DNA from: an uncultured Chloroflexia bacterium
Lineage (GTDB): Bacteria; Chloroflexota; Anaerolineae; Promineifilales; Promineifilaceae
NCBI GenBank assembly: GCA_963695535.1
Contig: CAVOGT010000010.1
Coordinates: forward strand, 58,738-122,737
Length of the DNA: 64,000 nucleotides
Direction: 5' to 3'
Shown: positions 9,568 to 19,976 of the stretch, one piece after another
Position numbering within the stretch: the first letter of the stretch is position 1
Layout of the letters: each line of letters starts with the position of its first letter
Notes under the pieces: model-generated
Database searches by the model: none
Told to the model about the DNA's origin: nothing
The model's input: only the letters and a program-made list of their open reading frames with translations
Program-made: the position numbers and the translations under genes

Positions 9568-11799
9568 ATGAAACGCGCCATACTTCTCCTACTGCTCATC
9601 ACGCTGCTGGCGACGGCCTGCAGCCAGGCGGCCGATTCGCTGTCGGGCATGCTGCCGGGCGAGCGGGAAGAAGCGGCCGACAGTCTGCCGACGGCGACGA
9701 TCGCGCCCACGGAGACACCTGTCCTTGAAGACGCAAGCGGCTATGCTCGCGCCTTCTACCGGGCCTGGGAAGGTGGCGATCTGCTGGGCATGTACAGCCT
9801 GCTCTCACCGGCCAGCCAGGCGCTGGTCGATAGCGGCGCCTTTGTCCAGCGCTATCAAGAAGCCCTGAATACGGCCACGGTCAAGACCATTCGCGCCCAA
9901 CCGCTGTCGCTCCTGCAGGAAGGCTCCGAGGCGGAAATGAGCTGGCGCGTGACGTGGGAGACGGCGCTGGTGGGCGACATCGTGCGCGACCACACCATGC
10001 GTCTTGTCTATGACGGTGGCCGCTGGGGCGTGGCCTGGGACGAAGGGTTGATTCTGCCCGAGCTGGCGGGCGGCAATCGCCTGTCCATGGAGTACCAGAT
10101 TCCCACCCGCGGCAACATCTACGATCGCAACGGCCTGGCCCTGGCCTATCAGGGCAATGCGTTTGAACTGGGTCTCGTTCCCGGTCAGATTGTGGACGAG
10201 GCCGGGCTGCTGGCCGTGCTAAGCCGCGTATTCGGCCGCACGCCGGACGAGATTCGCGAACAGTACGCCAACGCCCTGCCGGAGTGGTACGTGCCGTTGG
10301 GCACGATCAGCGAGGCCACCCTGCAGCAATATGTTCTCGAACTGGAACCCTATTTCGGGACGGGGCTGACCCAGCCGCAACGCCAGCGCGCCCGGCTCTA
10401 CTCCGACCTGGGCACGGCGCCCCACCTCATCGGCTACATGGGCGCCATACCGGCTGAGGAAGAAGCCGACTATCGCGCGGCAGGCTATCGGGGTGACGAA
10501 CGTGTAGGGCTGGCCGGACTGGAAGCGTGGGGTGAGGATTACCTCAACGGCGACCGCGGTGGTCGGCTCTCGGTGGTCACACCGGCGGGCGATGTGGCGG
10601 CGGTGCTCCAGGAAAGCGAACCGAAGGCGGCCCGCAGCATCTATACAACGTTTGACCTCGAATTCCAGGCGGCCGTTGAGAGCGCGCTCGCCGAAGCCAT
10701 CGAATCGCACCCCGTGGCTCAGAAGGGGGCCATCGTGGTGCTAAATCCCAACAATGGCGACGTCCTCGCCATGGCGACTTACCCGAGTTATGACCCCACA
10801 GTCTTCGACGCGCTTCGGGCCGATGGTGGGGCGGCGCTGCTGGGTGTGCTCAACGATTCATCACAACCCCTGGTTAACCGCGCCGCGCAAGGCGTCTACC
10901 CGGCTGGATCAACGTTCAAGCTGGTTACCCTCGGCGCAGCACTTAACAGCGGTCTTTATACGACCGATTCGCGTTACTCCAGCACCGGCGTCTGGAACCG
11001 CCTGGGCGATGAATATGCCAAGGTCGACTGGCTGGCCGGCGGACACGGCACCATCAGCCTGCGGCAGGCGTTGGTCGTCTCGTGTAACTCCTGCTTCTAC
11101 GACGTCGGCTACACGATTGACGGAGCCGACAACGAACTATTCCCGAAGATCGCCCACGCCTTTGGATTCGGCCAGGCCACAGGCATCCAGGGCATTGCTG
11201 AGTCCGCGGGACTGATCCCCGACCCCGAGTGGAAACTGGCCAACATCGGCGACGGCTGGGCGACGGGGGACGCCGTCAATATGGCTATCGGCCAGGGCTA
11301 CGTCCAGGTCACGCCGCTGCAAATGGCGGTGCTGGCTGGGGCCATCGCCAACGGCGGCACGCTTTACCGGCCGACCCTGATCGATCGCATCGGCGCGGCG
11401 GGCGAAGCACCGGAAGAACCGTTCCCACCGCAAGAAAACGGCCGCCTGCCGCTGTCGGCCGAACAACTCGCCACGTATCAGGACGCCTTGTGGAACGTGA
11501 CCCACAGTGGGTCGGGCACGGCTACACACCGTTTCCAAAACTTCCCCATCTCCGTCTCCGGCAAGACGGGTACGGCTGAAGCGCCGCCCGGCCTGCCCCA
11601 TGCCTGGTTCATCGGCTATGCACCGTCCGAACCCTACACAACGGCCGACGGTCGGGTGGTTGAGACGCCCGAGCTGGCCATCGCCGTGATCGTCGAAAAT
11701 GCCGGGGAAGGGTCCGAGGTGGGTGCGCCCCTGTTCCGGCGGATAGTCGAGCGGTACTACGGCATCACCCCTGAAGCCCCCTTCCCCTGGGGCGGCTAG
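9568..11799 (+). CDS. mrdA: Class B penicillin-binding protein (PBP2-like, lipoprotein, NTF2-like N-domain)
   Basis: Lipobox LATAC; RGNIYDRNG; SxxK (GSTFK), SCN and KTG motifs. Confidence 0.88.
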   Translation: MKRAILLLLLITLLATACSQAADSLSGMLPGEREEAADSLPTATIAPTETPVLEDASGYARAFYRAWEGGDLLGMYSLLSPASQALVDSGAFVQRYQEALNTATVKTIRAQPLSLLQEGSEAEMSWRVTWETALVGDIVRDHTMRLVYDGGRWGVAWDEGLILPELAGGNRLSMEYQIPTRGNIYDRNGLALAYQGNAFELGLVPGQIVDEAGLLAVLSRVFGRTPDEIREQYANALPEWYVPLGTISEATLQQYVLELEPYFGTGLTQPQRQRARLYSDLGTAPHLIGYMGAIPAEEEADYRAAGYRGDERVGLAGLEAWGEDYLNGDRGGRLSVVTPAGDVAAVLQESEPKAARSIYTTFDLEFQAAVESALAEAIESHPVAQKGAIVVLNPNNGDVLAMATYPSYDPTVFDALRADGGAALLGVLNDSSQPLVNRAAQGVYPAGSTFKLVTLGAALNSGLYTTDSRYSSTGVWNRLGDEYAKVDWLAGGHGTISLRQALVVSCNSCFYDVGYTIDGADNELFPKIAHAFGFGQATGIQGIAESAGLIPDPEWKLANIGDGWATGDAVNMAIGQGYVQVTPLQMAVLAGAIANGGTLYRPTLIDRIGAAGEAPEEPFPPQENGRLPLSAEQLATYQDALWNVTHSGSGTATHRFQNFPISVSGKTGTAEAPPGLPHAWFIGYAPSEPYTTADGRVVETPELAIAVIVENAGEGSEVGAPLFRRIVERYYGITPEAPFPWGG

Positions 11800-11942
11800 A
11801 CGCTTCTTTTTACACCGGACAACCTTAAATGATTGGTGGCAGCTCTCGGATAGCGACGGGCTGTTGTACACTTGCTTCGTCCTGAAGTCACAGTGCAAAT
11901 GCGGTCGGATAATCCGGTCGCGAAGTCATTGAGGAGTCCGTC

Positions 11943-13991
11943 ATGAGACCAATTACCAAGCGCAATCGCCGGCTGGCGGTGCTCGTCGGCGCCCTGGCGC
12001 TATCGCTGCTGGCCGCAGCCACCGTCTGGGGCCAAGCGTTCCGAACCACGCCCGGCACCATCGCCTATGCCCGATCCAACCAGCTGCGCCTCATCAATGC
12101 GGCAGGGGAAGATGATCGCCAACTGTGGACGGCCGATCCCGGCGACACCATTCGCGGGCTGGACTGGCGGCCGGACGGCGGGGCACTGGCCTTTGCCTCC
12201 GATCTGCAGGCCAACTGCTCCATCTACCAAAGCGATATCTACACCATCCTGTCTGATGGCCTGGGGCTGCGCCGGGCGACCAACTCACCGCTATGCGAGC
12301 AGACCGGCGATTTCCCGACCGGCACCGTGTCACTCACCATTGAGAATCAGGTGCCGGACTACTCGGTCTTCCAACTGTATGTGCAGGGCGCGCCCGCGGC
12401 CACCACGATCACCGTTGCCCCCGGCACAACCAAAACAGTCAGCGTTAAGGACGTCGCCGACCTGGGCGGCGTGCTGGCCCAACGCATTGTGGTCATTCGC
12501 GAAGATACCCGCTGGTATGACCCCGACGTGACAGTCAACGTCGTGGCAGGCAAAACGGCCGAAGCCACGGGTACCCTTGTGCTTCAAGCGGATGAGAACA
12601 GCTACCGCGACTTCGGCGCGGCACAGCCGGCGTGGCGCTTTGACGGATCGGCCGTCGGGTTTGTATTCGGCGATGCGGAACTGCGGCAGGTTGCGCCTTA
12701 TCCCGTGGTGGCTGAGCCGGACGAACTATTGGCCCCGGATGCCATCGGCGATCTGCTGGCCTGGTCGCCTATCAGCGACACACTACTCTTCGCCGGGGAT
12801 GACGCCATCTATCTCATCGAGCCGGGCGCTTCCGGCTTGGGCACCCTGCTTGTAGAAAATCTGCCCGGCCAACAAGTGCTGGGCCTTGACTGGCTGCCGG
12901 ATGGCAGTGGCTTCGTCTTTTCGCAAACTGACGAGGCGGCCACCGTCGCGAATCTGTCCGCCTACGACCTGGACAGTGACGAAATCCGCCCCCTGACAGA
13001 CTTGACCAGCGGCTTCCTGCGGCATCCCGGCGTCTCGCCCGATGGTCAGATGGTGGCATTTGAACGCGCCTCGCGGCTGGACAGCACGGCCGAACTGTGG
13101 GTGATGGACATCAGCGGCGGCAAGATGGAGCCGTTGGGCGTGCTGGGAGCCTTCCCCGACTGGCGGCCGCAGCGACAGGTACGCTTTCTGGCCACCTTCT
13201 ACTTCCCGCTGACCGCCAGTAAATACATCGGCATTGTGCCCACACCGACGGCCACGGCGACACCCACGGCCACAGCCACGGCGACAGCGACGCCAACCAA
13301 CACGCCAACCAACACACCGGTAGCCTCGCCCACCGGTCTGCCGGCCACCGATGTACCGGCCACCGCCACAATGGAGCCAACGTCAACGCCCGACGTTCCC
13401 CCAACCGCCACCGCAACGGCCCAGGCCACGGCCACGACGCAACCACCGGCGACACCGGTGCCCCCAACGGCCACGGCCACCGCGCAGGCCTCACCAACCC
13501 CATCAGCCACACCCGGCAATCTGCCGCCTCTGAAGAACGGCAACTTCGAAGCCGGAGCCAATGGCGACTGGGCCGAGAGTACCAACGGTATTGCCGCGCC
13601 GGGATCGATCATTCAACAGCCGCAGGCGATCATCGTGCCTCGTTCCGGCCAGTACATCGCCTGGCTGGGCGGGTTCAACAACCAGGTCCACCGCCTGTCC
13701 CAGACAGTAGCCTTGACCCCCGACAAGCCGCTATACCTGCACTTCTGGTATCAGGTTTCTTCGAATGAATCCGTCTGCACGGCCGATCGCGTGCACGTCA
13801 CGATCAATGACCTAACGCTGGCAACATTTAACCTGTGCCAAGCGGAAAGCAGCACCGGATGGGAACGCGCCGGGGTCGATCTGGTCGACTACGTGGGCCA
13901 ATCGGTAACGATCGAGTTTGAGGGCACGTTTGACGAGGCGACTTTGAGCAGCTTCTTCATCGACGATGTAGGCTTCGCCACCACACCGTAA
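11943..13991 (+). CDS. Secreted TolB-like propeller protein (paralog of 1912-3213) with PT linker and C-terminal beta-sandwich/carbohydrate-binding-like domain
   Basis: Shares GTIAYAR..RLI, IRGLxWRPDGGALAF, TNSPxC and VADLG with the 1912-3213 protein; PT repeats; NGNFEAG...FFIDDV domain. Confidence 0.8.
   Translation: MRPITKRNRRLAVLVGALALSLLAAATVWGQAFRTTPGTIAYARSNQLRLINAAGEDDRQLWTADPGDTIRGLDWRPDGGALAFASDLQANCSIYQSDIYTILSDGLGLRRATNSPLCEQTGDFPTGTVSLTIENQVPDYSVFQLYVQGAPAATTITVAPGTTKTVSVKDVADLGGVLAQRIVVIREDTRWYDPDVTVNVVAGKTAEATGTLVLQADENSYRDFGAAQPAWRFDGSAVGFVFGDAELRQVAPYPVVAEPDELLAPDAIGDLLAWSPISDTLLFAGDDAIYLIEPGASGLGTLLVENLPGQQVLGLDWLPDGSGFVFSQTDEAATVANLSAYDLDSDEIRPLTDLTSGFLRHPGVSPDGQMVAFERASRLDSTAELWVMDISGGKMEPLGVLGAFPDWRPQRQVRFLATFYFPLTASKYIGIVPTPTATATPTATATATATPTNTPTNTPVASPTGLPATDVPATATMEPTSTPDVPPTATATAQATATTQPPATPVPPTATATAQASPTPSATPGNLPPLKNGNFEAGANGDWAESTNGIAAPGSIIQQPQAIIVPRSGQYIAWLGGFNNQVHRLSQTVALTPDKPLYLHFWYQVSSNESVCTADRVHVTINDLTLATFNLCQAESSTGWERAGVDLVDYVGQSVTIEFEGTFDEATLSSFFIDDVGFATTP
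13235..13515 (+). repeat. Low-complexity Pro/Thr/Ala coding repeat (PTATATA)
   Basis: Imperfect ACG-GCC/ACA-CCG tandem codons within the CDS. Confidence 0.7.
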
Positions 13992-14229
13992 GATCGGTGA
14001 CGGTCGTGAACGCGGCTTGATGCGGGTTGTTCAGCCCGCATCAAGCGCTAAAAGACGCGGGCAACGCACGGATGAATCACCGCCGGTGCGCTCGGATGCG
14101 TGCTAGGGGAATATTGGCGCGATCGTCAATCAGTCGGGCATCGGCCTGCGGCAGATTAGCGAAAAACTCTGCGCTCCCTGTGAAAGGGTTGCTCGTCCAA
14201 GCCGAACCGGCTTACACTTAGCGGCTGGC

Positions 14230-15948
14230 ATGAATCATCGCACCCTGGGGCGGCTCCTGAGCGCCCTCTTCCTGTGTCTGGCCGGCGCGGCGGCCGTTCT
14301 TCTCTCCCCGGCTCCGGCCGAGGCCGACGAGGGCGACTGGCGCTATGGCGTCATTGAGAGCACCGACGACCCGGCCGCCGCGACCCGTCTCGGCGCTTCC
14401 TGGACCCGCGTGCGCTTCCAATGGGCCGAGGTGCAGGCCGACGGGCCCGACGCCTGGGACCCGCCGGTTGATGACGAAGCGCTGGCAACAGAATTGGACG
14501 ACGGCCGAATGGTAATCGGCCTGCTCATTGGCATCCCCGACTGGGCCCGTGCCCGTAACCGCTTGCCGGAGGGTCTCTATCTCCCTCATACTGATCCTGA
14601 CAACACTTGGGCCGTCTTTGTGCGCGAGGCGGTCGGTCGCTATGAAGGGCAAATCAACCACTGGGTTATCTGGAACGAACCCGATATCGACGACCCTGAC
14701 GCGCCGGGCCATACCTGGGACGGCAGCCCCGAAGACTTCGCCCAACTGCTGCGCATCGCCTATCTCGTGGCCAAGGAGACCAACCCCGATGCCGTCGTAC
14801 ATCTGGGCGCGTTCACTTATTTTTGGGACCCTGAGTACTTCGGCCGCTTTCTCGATATCCTCCTGGCCGATCCGGAAGCGGCCGATAACAACTACTACTT
14901 CGATGTGGCCACAGCCCATCTCTACTTCCAGCCGGACCGAATCTACGACGTCATCAATGCGTTTCGGGCAGACATGACCACACGCGGCCTGTGGAAACCC
15001 ATCTGGCTGGTGGAAACCAACGCCCCCCCGGCCGATGACCCCTACTGGACGGTGCCCAACTGGACGCTCTACGTAACGCTCTACGAGCAGGCCGCCTTCA
15101 TTCCTCAGGCCATGGCCTCGGCTCTAGCCGCCGGTGCCGAACGCATCGCGGTCTTCAAGTTGATGGATGTCGACGGTGATCGGGCGGCCAACCCGGAACC
15201 CTTTGGCCTCTTGCGACAAGACAACAGCCGACGCCCGGCGTTCGACACCTATCGGGTAGCCATCCAACAGTTGGGCCATGCCGGTGAGGCCGTCCGCGAA
15301 CGCTGGGATGCCGTGGGGCAGATTCGGGTTGATCAGGGTGATCGGACAACGACGGTGCTTTTCTCGCGTCTGCCGTATCCGCAGGAAGCTGTGGTGCGAG
15401 CCACCAGCCCCACGGCCGAACTGGTCGACATGTGGGGCAAGCGTCGCACCATCGAAGCAGAAGCCGGAGTGTTCAGTGTCGATCTGCAGCCCGCGCTGTG
15501 TACCCAGACCATTGCCGACTACTGCATGATTGGCGGCACGGTGTTCTATTTGGTGCAGGATAAGGGTCAAGAGCCACTCGGACTTGTGCCGCCGGATGAT
15601 GTCCTGCCGGAGGTTATCCCGTTACAACCAACTCAGATGGCCATCTCACCGACAGGCACCCCTACGCCGGTTGTGACGGAGTCGGCACCCGGCGCGACAG
15701 CGACTGGTGTCGCCATGCCCACCGCCACACCGGCCGTCGCCACACCGGCAGCCACCTTCACGGCTGAACCGGAGCCAACGGCCGTGGCTGCCACCACAAT
15801 CATCTTGCCGACGCTAACTGCCGCGCAACCGACAGCGGCACCGGCTACCGAATCCAGTGGAATCAGTGGACTGTGGTTGATTGGCGCAGGTATTTTGGGT
15901 GCTGTGGCTTTGGGTGGCTGGCTCATCATGAGCCGGCGCAAGCCATAA
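14230..15948 (+). CDS. Secreted clan GH-A-like glycoside hydrolase with PT linker and C-terminal membrane anchor
   Basis: Signal peptide; WNEPD acid/base and WLVETN nucleophile motifs; C-terminal TM followed by RRK. Confidence 0.78.
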   Translation: MNHRTLGRLLSALFLCLAGAAAVLLSPAPAEADEGDWRYGVIESTDDPAAATRLGASWTRVRFQWAEVQADGPDAWDPPVDDEALATELDDGRMVIGLLIGIPDWARARNRLPEGLYLPHTDPDNTWAVFVREAVGRYEGQINHWVIWNEPDIDDPDAPGHTWDGSPEDFAQLLRIAYLVAKETNPDAVVHLGAFTYFWDPEYFGRFLDILLADPEAADNNYYFDVATAHLYFQPDRIYDVINAFRADMTTRGLWKPIWLVETNAPPADDPYWTVPNWTLYVTLYEQAAFIPQAMASALAAGAERIAVFKLMDVDGDRAANPEPFGLLRQDNSRRPAFDTYRVAIQQLGHAGEAVRERWDAVGQIRVDQGDRTTTVLFSRLPYPQEAVVRATSPTAELVDMWGKRRTIEAEAGVFSVDLQPALCTQTIADYCMIGGTVFYLVQDKGQEPLGLVPPDDVLPEVIPLQPTQMAISPTGTPTPVVTESAPGATATGVAMPTATPAVATPAATFTAEPEPTAVAATTIILPTLTAAQPTAAPATESSGISGLWLIGAGILGAVALGGWLIMSRRKP

Positions 15949-15951
15949 ACG

Positions 15952-15981
15952 AAAAAGGGGCCAACCCGGCCAGGTCGGCCC
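15952..15981 (-). terminator. Terminator for spoVS (possibly bidirectional)
   Basis: AAAAA-GGGGCCAACC...GGTCGGCCCC hairpin. Confidence 0.6.
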
Positions 15982-16001
15982 CATGAGTTGTGCTAGTGAG
16001 A

Positions 16002-16268
16002 CTAGGGAGTGGTGGGTTCGATGACGAAACGAATGGCCGTACGCTCCTGATCGTCGATATCGACATCAACAAACGACGGGACACAAGTAATGTGAACACC
16101 TTCCTCGGCAAGATATCCTTTCGCGATCACGATGGCCTTCACTGCCTGGTTGACGGCCCCCGCGCCGATAGCCTGGACTTCCGCGTGTTGGTTCTCACGC
16201 ATGACACCGGCAATGGCCCCGGCAACGGCTGCGGTTCGTGAACGAGCGGATACTTTGATGACGTTCAT
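16002..16268 (-). CDS. spoVS: SpoVS family nucleic-acid-binding protein
   Basis: KVSARSRTAAVAGAIAG, QAIGAGAVNQAVKAI; GGAGG RBS. Confidence 0.93.
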   Translation of the reverse strand: MNVIKVSARSRTAAVAGAIAGVMRENQHAEVQAIGAGAVNQAVKAIVIAKGYLAEEGVHITCVPSFVDVDIDDQERTAIRFVIEPTTP

Positions 16269-16432
16269 GCACTTCCTCCGAGCTACGATTTGGACGTGGC
16301 GCTGTCTCAGTGACGACCTCAAGACGCCGAGAAGGCAGGCAATACGGCCGGAAACACGCTGTCCAATAGATAGGACAGCCGAATTGTATCGCGTACCGCG
16401 CGGAATGTGTAAAGAAACAGGTACAATTCCCT

Positions 16433-18043
16433 ATGCCTTTACCGCCTGAACGTAGTTCGGACCAGATCGCCAACGACAGGCGGCAGGTATTTCGTGCCGC
16501 CGGCCTGGTGGGCGCCCTGGCGCTGGTCAGCCGCGTGGCCGGTCTGCTGCGCGAGATCTTTGTGCGGCAGAATCTTGGCGTCACATCCATCGACGCGACC
16601 GCCTTCGATATCGCCAGCCGCTTCCCGGAGACTATCTTCCTAATCGTGGCCGGTGGCGCCATCGGCTCGGCGTTCATCCCCACCTTCACCGCCTATTTTG
16701 CCCGGGACGACGAACCCGGAGCGTGGCGTCTTTTCTCGTCAATCATCAACCTCGTCCTGGTGGCCACAACAATCGTCTCCGTCCTGGTAATGATCTTCGC
16801 CGATCCGATTGTCGAGTTCTTCTACGCTGAGAACATCGCCGCCCAGCCGGAGTTGCTGACGACCACGGTGTTCCTGCTGCGAATCATGCTGCTGTCACCT
16901 ATCATTTTTGGTGTCAGCGGGGTGATCATGGCCGCGCTTAATGCGCGGCAGCATTTCCTGTTGCCCGCGCTGGCGCCCACTCTCTATAACCTGGGCATCA
17001 TCGCCGGCGGCCTCATCGGCCAGAACACGGGCATTGGCATCACCACCGGCCTGGCCCTGGGCACCGTGCTGGGCGCGGCAATGCATCTACTGATCCAGAT
17101 CCCCGGTCTGCGACGCGAGCACGCCCACTATACGGCCACCCTCTCCATGCGCGATCCCGGCGTGCGGCAAGTGTTATGGTTGATGGCCCCGCGTGTGCTG
17201 GGTCTGTCCTTCAGCGAGGTCAACAAGTACATCATTCTCTTCTTGACCGGTTCCATGCAGCTAGGCAGCCTGCCCGCGCTGAATGCCGCCTTCCGGCTGT
17301 TGATCATGCCCCAGGGCATCCTGGGCCAGGCCCTGGGCATTGCCGCCTTTCCCACGCTGGCGGCCCTGGCCGCCCAATCGGCCATCCGCGAGATGCGCCA
17401 GATCCTCAGCGATTCGCTGCGCCTCATTCTGTTTCTGGGCCTGCCGGCAACCGTGTTGATGATGATGCTGGCCCAGCCATTTGTAACAATTCTGTATGAG
17501 CGAGGTCTATTCGACGCGGAAGCGACCGAGTGGGTCTCATGGGCGCTGTTGTTTTATGCCGTCGGACTGGTGGCCTTGACCGCCATCGAAGTGATCGCCC
17601 GATCGTTCTATGCGCTCAACGATACGCTGACGCCGGTGCTGGTCGGCGGTCTGCAAATCCTGACCATGTGGGGGCTCAGTCTGTGGTTTCGCGACTCAGT
17701 TTTTCCGGCGCTGGGCTGGTTGCCGCTAGGCGCATTGGCGCTGGGCTTCAGCCTGTCCAACATTCTGGAGATGATCGTCTTGCTGTTGCTGCTCAGACGC
17801 AAGATGGATGGCATCAACGGTCGATCGCTGGCCTCCGGGTTGTGGCGGATGGGCCTGGCCGCCGTGCTGATGGCCCTGGCCATTTGGCCCGTGCTAAGCC
17901 TGACCAGTGAGCAGGCGGTGTGGATTCGGGCCATCGGCGGTACGCTGATCGGGGGTCTGGTTTACCTGCTGGCCTGCTGGCTGCTGCGCGTCGAGGAGTG
18001 GCGGCGGGTATCGAGCACAGTCTGGGGGCGGATTCGCCGCTAG
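16433..18043 (+). CDS. murJ: Lipid II flippase MurJ/MviN
   Basis: SRVAGLLRE, AFIPTF, LYERGLF, RSFYALNDT; polytopic. Confidence 0.92.
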   Translation: MPLPPERSSDQIANDRRQVFRAAGLVGALALVSRVAGLLREIFVRQNLGVTSIDATAFDIASRFPETIFLIVAGGAIGSAFIPTFTAYFARDDEPGAWRLFSSIINLVLVATTIVSVLVMIFADPIVEFFYAENIAAQPELLTTTVFLLRIMLLSPIIFGVSGVIMAALNARQHFLLPALAPTLYNLGIIAGGLIGQNTGIGITTGLALGTVLGAAMHLLIQIPGLRREHAHYTATLSMRDPGVRQVLWLMAPRVLGLSFSEVNKYIILFLTGSMQLGSLPALNAAFRLLIMPQGILGQALGIAAFPTLAALAAQSAIREMRQILSDSLRLILFLGLPATVLMMMLAQPFVTILYERGLFDAEATEWVSWALLFYAVGLVALTAIEVIARSFYALNDTLTPVLVGGLQILTMWGLSLWFRDSVFPALGWLPLGALALGFSLSNILEMIVLLLLLRRKMDGINGRSLASGLWRMGLAAVLMALAIWPVLSLTSEQAVWIRAIGGTLIGGLVYLLACWLLRVEEWRRVSSTVWGRIRR

Positions 18044-18056
18044 CGCCACCAGGCAA

Positions 18057-18079
18057 CAAAAAACCCGGCAGTGCCGGGT
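18057..18079 (-). terminator. Terminator between convergent murJ and the membrane-protein gene
   Basis: AAAAA-ACCCGGCAGTGCCGGGT hairpin. Confidence 0.65.
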
Positions 18080-18114
18080 CCGTCGATTATTGATTTAGAT
18101 GGAATTGCCGGAAG

Positions 18115-18933
18115 CTAGTTACCGGCCGCAACCGCAGCGTCGTTCATGAGGGCTGCGCCCTGGCTCATCAGTTCACCGTTCACCCATATCTCCAGGGTGT
18201 AATTACCTTCGAGGAAACCTTCTTCCGGGCTCAGATAAATATAGCCGGGACCCTCATCACCATAGGCCCACAATTCGTTGCCGCCGTCTATGACCTTGCC
18301 GTTAAGACGCCAGACCCAGGCCCACTCCATACCGTCAGTCATGTCACTGTAATCAAATGTCGCGTACAGCGTGTAGGAGCCCTCACCAAAAACGCGACCG
18401 GGATCAATCGCGTCATAGTCGGTGGTTACTTCAGTGGAGAACACCAGGGTGCCAAGGTCGGTCGTGGAGAGCAGATCGGCCGTCGGTTCATAGCGATCAA
18501 ACGCTGCCGGGAGCTCCGGGGTGATGTTGGACGCGTTGGCGCCCAGGAGCAAATCGGCGATGGTGGTTTCCCCAGTCGCCTCGGCCGCAGCTGTTTCTTC
18601 CGCCACACGATCTTCTTCAGCCTGAGCGACAATCTTCTGTACTTCGGCATCGGCCGGCTTGGCGTTGCTAAGCAAGGCCATGCGCGATGTCATGTCCAGC
18701 GGTGACCGATAGCCATAGGTGCCGACGGCAAGGGCCAACAACAGCATGACCGCCCCGAGGGACATATAGGTCTGCATGCGTTTGCCCGCTTGCTGGCGCA
18801 TAAAGAAATAGGGCGACCGCTTCATGGATCTCCATTGCTTCATGGACAACAAAATTGCCACAAAGCTCACCATGAGCAGAGCCCCCATCAGCCAGGGTAT
18901 AATCGTGTCGGACAGTAAAGTTAGGTTAGACAA
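18115..18933 (-). CDS. Hypothetical membrane protein (two N-terminal TMs, acidic Ig-like C-domain)
   Basis: Two hydrophobic helices; C-terminal GNYTLEIWVNG; probable TTG start after GAAGG (start uncertain). Confidence 0.7.
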   Translation of the reverse strand: MSNLTLLSDTIIPWLMGALLMVSFVAILLSMKQWRSMKRSPYFFMRQQAGKRMQTYMSLGAVMLLLALAVGTYGYRSPLDMTSRMALLSNAKPADAEVQKIVAQAEEDRVAEETAAAEATGETTIADLLLGANASNITPELPAAFDRYEPTADLLSTTDLGTLVFSTEVTTDYDAIDPGRVFGEGSYTLYATFDYSDMTDGMEWAWVWRLNGKVIDGGNELWAYGDEGPGYIYLSPEEGFLEGNYTLEIWVNGELMSQGAALMNDAAVAAGN

Positions 18934-19066
18934 ACCGTTTCCTTCCACATTCCACCGAGCAGTATAAAGAAATTCTTCACAAAACGCAAGTACCAAGGGC
19001 TGAGAACGGCCCGCTACAGGCCAAATGCCCCCGTTCTGCCGTAGAAATGCCCCTTTTGGTTAACGG

Positions 19067-19972
19067 TTAGTTAACGCGTTCATCGGCCGTCACGGGTCGC
19101 AAATAGTCCGCAACCCCGCCCAAATAGGGTCTGAACTCCGGTGTATCGAGGAACTCTGCCACCGCTTCCATGACCGACAGGCGCTCCTGCAGCACCGCCT
19201 CGCGGTAGAGCGCTGTCCAGCGGGTCTTGGCATCGCGGGCGGTTCGCAACTCGATGAGCGTCATCAGCGCCAGCGGACCGGCATCCGGCAGAAAGCCCGA
19301 TTCCCAATACGCACGCTCAGCAGCGGTCGTATCGTAGCCAACGCGCCGGATAGCTCCTTGCCAGCCACGGCCGTTCGACCAGGTGAGTTGTCCGTAGGCC
19401 GCGCGTTGGTCACCGTCACCCGTCAGCCCCACAGACCCCGTGTTGACGATGGCAGTGGCCCCAACGCGTCGCCGATGCGGCACATGGGTATGGCTGGTGA
19501 CAAAGACATCGGCGTGCGGCGGCATCATACGCCGCACAGTGTCATCGGTCGTGTGTGGATAGATGCCGGCCCGGTTGCCCAGCAACGACGCGTGCATGAC
19601 CACCACCCGCTTGCCATCCGGCGCGGCCCACTCCCAGCGGTCGGGCAGTTGCGCCATCGAATCGACTGCGCCGTTGAACTGCTGATAAGTCCAGTGACTT
19701 AAGCGCGACAGCTCGTAGACCGGGCCGTCCTGTGGTTCGCCAGGATTGGCCCAGGCCGTCACATACTCTTCATGGTTGCCGCGCAGCACATACCAGCCGT
19801 CACGAACCTGCCGCTCGGCGATGTAACGCCAACACGGCACGTTGCTCGGCCCGCCGTTGACCACGTCACCATTGACAACGACCTTATCCGGTTGCCAGCG
19901 GTCGATATCCTCCGCCACAGCCTGGAGCGCGGGCCAATTGCCATGAATGTCGGCCAATACCGCCAGTTTCAT
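19067..19972 (-). CDS. Calcineurin-like metallophosphoesterase
   Basis: ADIHGN, GDVV, RGNHE, SHTH, NTGSVG. Confidence 0.9.
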   Translation of the reverse strand: MKLAVLADIHGNWPALQAVAEDIDRWQPDKVVVNGDVVNGGPSNVPCWRYIAERQVRDGWYVLRGNHEEYVTAWANPGEPQDGPVYELSRLSHWTYQQFNGAVDSMAQLPDRWEWAAPDGKRVVVMHASLLGNRAGIYPHTTDDTVRRMMPPHADVFVTSHTHVPHRRRVGATAIVNTGSVGLTGDGDQRAAYGQLTWSNGRGWQGAIRRVGYDTTAAERAYWESGFLPDAGPLALMTLIELRTARDAKTRWTALYREAVLQERLSVMEAVAEFLDTPEFRPYLGGVADYLRPVTADERVN

Positions 19973-19976
19973 CGGC

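Noticed and set aside
13235-13515. Possible CRISPR or tandem DNA repeat
   Set aside because: It is a degenerate codon repeat encoding a Pro/Thr linker, with no constant repeat-spacer structure.
16002-16268. spoVS as evidence of sporulation
   Set aside because: SpoVS is widespread in non-sporulating lineages, and there are no other sporulation genes here.
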